Source: Eledone cirrhosa (lineage: Eukaryota). From it: a stretch of DNA of 64,000 nt. Where the stretch lies: NCBI GenBank assembly GCA_964016885.1, contig CAXHJY010000551.1, positions 86,916 through 150,915 on the forward strand, in the 5' to 3' direction. The position numbers and the translations under genes are program-made. This document shows positions 56,926-64,000 of this stretch, one piece after another (position 1 is the stretch's first letter; every line of letters starts with the position of its first letter). The notes beneath the pieces are model-generated. The model was not told where the DNA came from. It searched no databases and saw nothing but the letters and a program-made list of their open reading frames with translations.

Positions 56926-56982
56926 GTGTCTTGTCTGATGATCCTGTGGATATACAGGTGAAATTTCCGATTAACAAGACAC
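56926..56982 (+). ncRNA. Type I HHR candidate
   Basis: GTGTCTTGT-CTGATGA-tCCTGTggatatACAGGt-GAAA-tttccgat-TA-ACAAGACAC; 9-bp helix I, imperfect helix III. Confidence 0.72.
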
Positions 56983-57098
56983 CAAGACTCATCATGATGC
57001 CATAATTAAGAATATTATTTCTTTACTACGCTCATGAGTTCTCTTTCTCGTGTCCGTCAACATCACACGGATACACGCACAAACACACACACCCACAC

Positions 57099-57149
<51 letters not shown>

Positions 57150-57202
57150 TAGGAACACACAAACACACGCTCGCACACACACATACACATATATATATAT
57201 AT

Positions 57203-57420
57203 AGTAATAATAATAAATGTGAAGACTAAAATCCGAAGAGGGCTCGATAAGGATAAATATATATCAAATATGTCAGAACCCTACAGCAAATATTTATTAA
57301 AATAAAATATTAAAGTTTAAGCAAAGAATCGCTGCTTTTCTTTTGAGTTTCAGAAGATCTCGTTAAGGGTCAAAGCAGCGATTCTTTGCTTAATCTTTAA
57401 TCTGTTATTTTAATAAATAT
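57203..57420. repeat. Family C fold-back
   Basis: Matches the pLTR end; inversion at the HHR GAAA. Confidence 0.88.
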
Positions 57421-57775
57421 ATATATATGTGCATGTGTTTATGAGTGCGTGCGTGTGTATGGCTGAGGTGGGGGGTAATTAATGTGTTTATGTGTGTATA
57501 CATATACATTTATGTAGATATAAATAGAACTAATGCAGCGTAAATTATTTTTCAAAACCATTAATGAGCTTTTTAATATTTTTACAACGTAGACCCATAT
57601 AAACTTTCACATACCTTTTGACAGTTGAAAGCCTCCTCACAAATCATCACATTTCAAAAATAAAATCACTCCACCTCTCACACACATAGATCCCATACAC
57701 AAATGTCTGAATGCATTGTTTACTTCTTTAGTTTGTTTTAGCCACCACCGCCAAAGCCATGATAGTACATCAACA

Positions 57776-57818
<43 letters not shown>

Positions 57819-57876
57819 AACATATATATATATATATATATTATATATATTTATATATTATATATATGTATATATA

Positions 57877-57921
<45 letters not shown>

Positions 57922-57925
57922 TTGA

Positions 57926-58137
57926 ACGATCGACTTTCGTCAAATCGGACCGATGAAACAGTGTTTCCGTTGGTCTTTCCAATTGCTAATACTATCTATC
58001 GGTCGCAACTCCAGGTAGAAGGAGCAACGTGAAATAAAGTGTCTTGCTCAAGGACAGAACGCATCGCCCGGTCCAGGAATTGAACTCACGACCTTACGAT
58101 TCCGAATCCAATTCTCTAACCACTCAGCCACACGCCT
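57926..58137 (-). mobile_element. tRNA(Arg)-derived CORE-type SINE
   Basis: Reverse complement of 14622-14830 along its full length. Confidence 0.8.
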
Positions 58138-58141
<4 letters not shown>

Positions 58142-58187
<46 letters not shown>

Positions 58188-58237
58188 ATATATTATATAT
58201 ATATATATATAATATATAAATATATTATATATATATG

Positions 58238-58277
<40 letters not shown>

Positions 58278-58303
58278 ATATATAAATATATTATATATAT
58301 ATA

Positions 58304-58360
<57 letters not shown>

Positions 58361-58397
58361 ATATATAAATATATTATATATATATATTATATATATA

Positions 58398-58464
<67 letters not shown>

Positions 58465-58498
58465 TATATACATATATATATATATATTATATATATAT

Positions 58499-58539
<41 letters not shown>

Positions 58540-58578
58540 ACATACATATAATATATATACATATATATATATATATAA

Positions 58579-58616
<38 letters not shown>

Positions 58617-58930
58617 TATAATATATATATATATATAATATATATAATATATATATATATAATATATATATATATAATATATATATATATAATATATATA
58701 TATATATGTATATATATAATAGATATATATATATAATATATATATATAATATATATAATATATATAATATATATATATATATATGTATATATATAATAGA
58801 TATATATATATAATATATATATATAATATATATAATATATATATATATAATATATATATATATATGTATATATACAATAGATATATATATATAATATATA
58901 TATATAATATATATAATATATATATATATA

Positions 58931-58965
<35 letters not shown>
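58142..58965. repeat. Phase-shifted (TA)n array
   Basis: Direct reading. Confidence 0.97.
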
Positions 58966-59408
58966 TGGAGACAAGCTACTGGGAGAGGCTAAATGAACTG
59001 AACCTCTACTCCTTGGAGCGAAAACAGGAGAGATACGCAGTGATCTACATGTGGAAAATCCTGGAGGGACTAGTACCAAACCTTGGCATTGGGAGGTGGA
59101 CCAACCGTCGAACAGGACGTCACTGTGTGGTGCCAAAGGTCCCGTCTTCCACACAGGCTGCCGAGGCATCTGAGAGTCTTGCATGACGTGGAGGTGGATG
59201 TCTTTAAGAAACATCTCGACACCTTATTATCCAGGATCCCGGATGAGCCCACAGCAAGACACGAGGGAAACCTAAGGGCAGCAGCAACAAACTCCCTCCT
59301 ACACCAGTGGCCAACCTATACAGGCTGGAGATAAAATGTGTAGCAACAAGGGCGGTGCCCCAGCATGGCCTCAGCCGGATGGCTGAAACAGGTAAAAGAG
59401 TAAAAGAG

Positions 59409-59410
<2 letters not shown>
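58966..59410 (+). mobile_element. 3' end of an APE-type LINE (CR1/RTE-X-like), internally deleted
   Basis: SYWERLNELNLYSLERKQERYAVIYMWKILEGLVPN and VDVFKKHLDTLLSRIPDEP; ends in GTAAAAGA x2; embedded in (TA)n. Confidence 0.8.
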
Positions 59411-59483
<73 letters not shown>

Positions 59484-59702
59484 TCTATATATATAATATA
59501 TATATATATATACATATATATAGAGAATTAATATATCTACCAACATATGTATACAGATGTTTACCCATGGTAGCAAATATATATGTTATGCCTTGGTACC
59601 TTTGTGGTTCTATGCAGGGGAATGCAGAACAATTATATGAAAGACGTAAAATATGAAAATTTTAAAAATTAAAAATCAACTTACTTACTAAATTTTCACT
59701 CC

Positions 59703-60098
<396 letters not shown>

Positions 60099-60143
60099 AG
60101 GATGAGATTATAGTTCGCTTGAAGCATTGTGTAATGAGGTATA

Positions 60144-60378
60144 AACGTTTGTATATGTATAATAAAGCCAAAACAATGCAGGAATGGACATAGAATAAAG
60201 AATGCAAATGCAAAAGATATTGTTGACAATTAGTCTCTTACCTTAGATTTATTTAAATGTCCTTAATTTTCGAGATAATATCTCTTCTTCGGAGGGAAGT
60301 AATATCTCTTGCATTTGCATTCTTTATTCTATTTCAATACCTGCATTGTTTTGGCTTTATTATACATATACAAACGTT
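60144..60378. repeat. Inverted repeat (~78-bp arms) at the 5' junction of a PLE
   Basis: 60144-60221 versus 60301-60378; HHR in the spacer. Confidence 0.85.
60261..60295 (-). ncRNA. Minimal HHR (U4C variant) in the spacer of an inverted repeat
   Basis: CCT-CCGAAGA-aGAGATattATCTC-GAAA-AT-TA-AGG. Confidence 0.68.
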
Positions 60379-62129
60379 AAGAACCATAGCCCCCGTAGAA
60401 TAGAGAACCTTAACAAGCACATACACATGTTCTTCAAGTCATACGGCCTATCCGTAAATATGGACCTCAACCACTCGGTGGTCAATTTCCTGGACGTGTC
60501 CCTGGAGTTGAGTACAGGCCTATACAAGCCATACCATAAGCCTGAACAGAGCCTTTCGTATATTAATTATGCCTCCAGCCCCCCTAAGCAGACTCTCAAC
60601 TCCATAGTTTATAGCATTTCACATAGGATCTCAAGGCTCACCGCCAATGTGGATATCTTCAACCAAGCGGCAGATTACTACAATAAGACCTTGATAAGCG
60701 CCGGTTTTAACCGAGGAATCTCCTACATCCCTAATGCTAGCTCCAGAAACCACCCCTCTCATAAGACTAACGTTATAGTAAGCCATACCTATAACCGAAC
60801 GCGCGGCGGCTTTGAAAGAGTCAGATATAATAGTATAGAAAATCGCACTAAGGAACATGGCCGTAATGTTAATTACACTAGCAATAGTATTGGTAGCTTA
60901 CCACACAATAAGAATTACGACCCCGCTGACAGTGGCCACTGTAGCCTATTTGAATTATTCCCTTATTCAAGGTAAGGCTATTATTATTGCTATTTGATAG
61001 CAATAATAATAGCCTTACCTTGGGAATTAGAAGGGACCGTGACCGAAATTGCAACTCCCGTGACAAGGGACGCTTCCCCTTAGGAGTAACTGCCTGACTG
61101 ACAGGGTTATTTATAGGTGCACCGTAACTAGCCATAATAGCGTTAAACATTGTATAGGGGCTACCTCTGGCCCGTTCAAAAATAGATTTCGAACACATCT
61201 CCACTCTTTCGCAAACAAGAAACTAAGACACTCCACTTCGCTCGCGAACTACATCACAGCATTACAATACTCAAACATCAGCTTCTCCACGCACTGGGAA
61301 ATTGTCGGCAGAGCAGCACCGTACAATTTCAAGAGAAAGTGTGAGCTTTGCATCATGTAGCTTTACCACATCATAACAGCACCCCTCGAGCTCATCAAGA
61401 ACAGAGCAGAAACGACGATAAGCTGCACACACTGCTTAAAAATATCCTACTCCAGATGGAATAAGAATGGGGAGTAAAAAAACGTAAACCGGGTCGCTCT
61501 GCACCAAATGTTGACACCCCGACGGGCAGGCGCTGCGAAAAACATCGGGAAACTAACCATGCATCCCAGACCCGGCACAAATCGACCCAGGCGGGCAGGC
61601 GCAGCAAACAAACATCTGGAAAATAACGTTGCATACCTGATCCTGTGCGTATCGACAATGGTAAAGCTGCAACTACAAAGAAATGACGGATAAAAAGTCA
61701 CATGGAGAATTGCTGCTCTAAAACCGTTAGAGTTATCTCCCTTGACCTACTGCAAAATCAATACATGTTTTGTTACGAGGAATGAAATGTGACGTGAACA
61801 TATTTCTAAAAAAAAACCATTCCGGGTCATGTAAGGAACGCTTTTTAGTTTTTATGCCCCTGAGAAGCCCTTTCGGGAGAAACGTACGTAGGTGGTATTT
61901 TAAATAAACATGTTTTAACGGTTTGTTCTCCTTTATATATATTTCTCCACATGTATCCGCTCTGCTGATTTTCTCGCCCACTAGATATTCACACTTCTAA
62001 TATTTAACACTGCAGACACGCTTTGAGCCACCTCTGCATATGCTATTGGCAAATAACTACATCTATCGCCTATTTCTTCTTCTTCTTTCTTCTTCTTCTT
62101 CTGCTTCTCTATCTCGATACTTAATTACT

Positions 62130-62130
<1 letters not shown>
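60379..62130 (+). mobile_element. PLE (Neptune-type) remnant: RT C-terminus, GIY-YIG and pLTR
   Basis: VNFLDVSLELSTGLYKPYHKP..YIN..S..P..SISHRISRL; then GVIYRCTV..HCIGATSGPFKNRF..H..SF..TSLANYI..WEIV..CELC (61105-61355). HHR-like motif at 61858-61892. Confidence 0.85.
61858..61892 (+). ncRNA. pLTR HHR with altered core
   Basis: CC-CTGAGAA-gCCCtttcGGGa-GAAA-CGTACG-TA-GG; palindromic helix III; G8 substituted. Confidence 0.58.
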
Positions 62131-62465
<335 letters not shown>

Positions 62466-62782
62466 AATATATTACACAAAGAGAAGTGTGTTACACAGTG
62501 AGATGTGTGTAAAGAATTATTACAAGTGAGTTTTAACGTTACTGTATAGAGAACAATATCTACAGGTTTAGCAATTAAATAGAAAACAACTGAGTCAGAA
62601 TCAAAAGTTATAAGGTTGGTAATTAAAAATTCTACTTCAGAGATTTGATTCTGACTTAGTTTTTTTCTATTTAATTGCTAAACCTGTAGATATTGTTCTC
62701 TATACAGTAACGGTAAAACTCACTTGTAATGATTCTTTACACGCATCTCACTGTGTAACACACTTCTCTTTGTGTAATATAT
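62466..62782. repeat. Fold-back element with ~140-bp arms
   Basis: 62466-62605 versus 62644-62782, ~38-bp spacer, adjacent to (TA)n. Confidence 0.9.
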
Positions 62783-62850
62783 TTATATTTGTATATGAGC
62801 TCAGAAAAAAATTCTATATTCCTCTTTGAGCTAATATTATTATTATTACT

Positions 62851-63045
62851 GTGGATTGGCAGTATCGGTGGATTGGCAGTATCGGTAGAGGGACGGACGC
62901 CATGCTTTGACGCATTGAATTACGGCCCTTTCCATTCTGAGTTCAAATCCCGCCGAGGTCAACTTTGCCTTTCATCCCTACGGGGTCGATAAATTACCAG
63001 TAACGTACTGGATAATTGTTGGCCAAAAGTAGAAACAATTATTAA
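62851..63045 (+). mobile_element. tRNA-derived SINE with a Meta-like central domain (representative copy)
   Basis: Box A TGGCAGTATCGG (head duplicated), box B GAGTTCAAATCC, core GCCGAGGTCAACTTTGCCTTTCATCCC.ACGGGGTCGATAAA, tail GGCCAAAAGTAGAAACAATTATT. Confidence 0.82.
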
Positions 63046-63123
63046 TATTACTGTGAGCTGCGGAATACTCTTAATTTCGATACTATATATATACACACAC
63101 ACGTATATATATACACACACACA

Positions 63124-63175
<52 letters not shown>

Positions 63176-63245
63176 CATACATATATCTTAAGGTTTGTTG
63201 GTTCACCTCTGGATAGTACTGGTCATTCCGTATGGCCAATCCTGG

Positions 63246-64000
63246 TGTAATATTGTGAAGAGTACTCAACGCAGTTTGTGTAGTTTGTGGTGCGAATACG
63301 GAGTTAATTATAAATGAAATAACAGGAGGCTGGACTGGTGTAAATCCTTGAAAGGTTTATTATACTATGATCATTTCAATGACCGGGTTCCAACTACCTA
63401 TAACCCGGACTAACTGGGACTTTAAAATAATTTAAAATAATTTTGATCTATTTGCACTTTTCATTGTTTGACTTGAGTGGTGGCTTTTTCCCGGCGGCGC
63501 GCAGGGCACTCGGAAAGTTCAGCCTTCCTTGAGTGCTCGGAAAAATAAATTTCTCCTCTTTCGGTAAATGAAATTACTCGGAGTGGCTTGCTCTGCCCCA
63601 GTCCCACCGCGCCACCTGTTTTGGCCGCCTATTTATACCTGTACCTACAAACTCCAGGTTTGGGCAAAACTATTAGCTGTATCATGCCTCTATTGACACG
63701 TAAATAAACCCCTAATGTGTGATTTAATAGTATTCGTGGTATAGACGATGGCCTGTCGAAATTGTGGGGTTCCCGCTAGCGATCCCGGGGCCAAAGTTAG
63801 CTACTTTCATAGAGTACTCGGAAAAATTAATTTCCATTTCTTTCGCTGGACGATACCACTCGAGACTGGCTGACTCGTGGTGGTGGTTGTGCTGGCTGGG
63901 TCTCCCAATCGAAATCTTTACTCTATATCACATCCTAATATCTTATCGAGTTAAATAAAATAAACATTTTTCATATAAGACTCTCTCCGTAAGTTCGTTA
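63246..64000 (-). mobile_element. Possible LTR of an LTR retrotransposon, extending toward the window end
   Basis: TG-starting boundary, minus-strand AATAAA (~63356-63361) and TATAAATA (~63629-63637), GC-richer than the flanks. No PBS or ORF seen. Confidence 0.3.

Noticed and set aside
62488-62761. CACTGTGTAACA resembling a Chapaev3 TIR
   Set aside because: The motifs point outward and lie inside the arms; no TSD or transposase.

Overview
Eukaryotic, very AT-rich, microsatellite-saturated DNA. Its tRNA-Arg-derived CORE-type SINEs and Meta-domain SINEs suggest a cephalopod (Octopus-like) genome; this is inference. No intact host gene is visible. The only long real ORF is an uninterrupted Tx1/L1-clade LINE ORF2 (17162-20599). 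The rest is nested transposon debris: two more Tx1 copies, four Penelope-like (PLE) remnants, an RLE-type LINE 3' end, a complete non-autonomous Helitron, an internally deleted Chapaev3-like element with both TIRs and TSD, MITEs and many SINEs. The main signal that the ORF track misses is about 20 type I hammerhead ribozyme (HHR) motifs, read by eye, plus several decayed ones. They belong to at least 8 sequence families and sit in short fold-back elements, PLE pseudo-LTRs and a tandem ~470-nt retrozyme-like unit, almost all embedded in (TA)n arrays. Ribozyme folds are manual predictions and have not been tested for activity.
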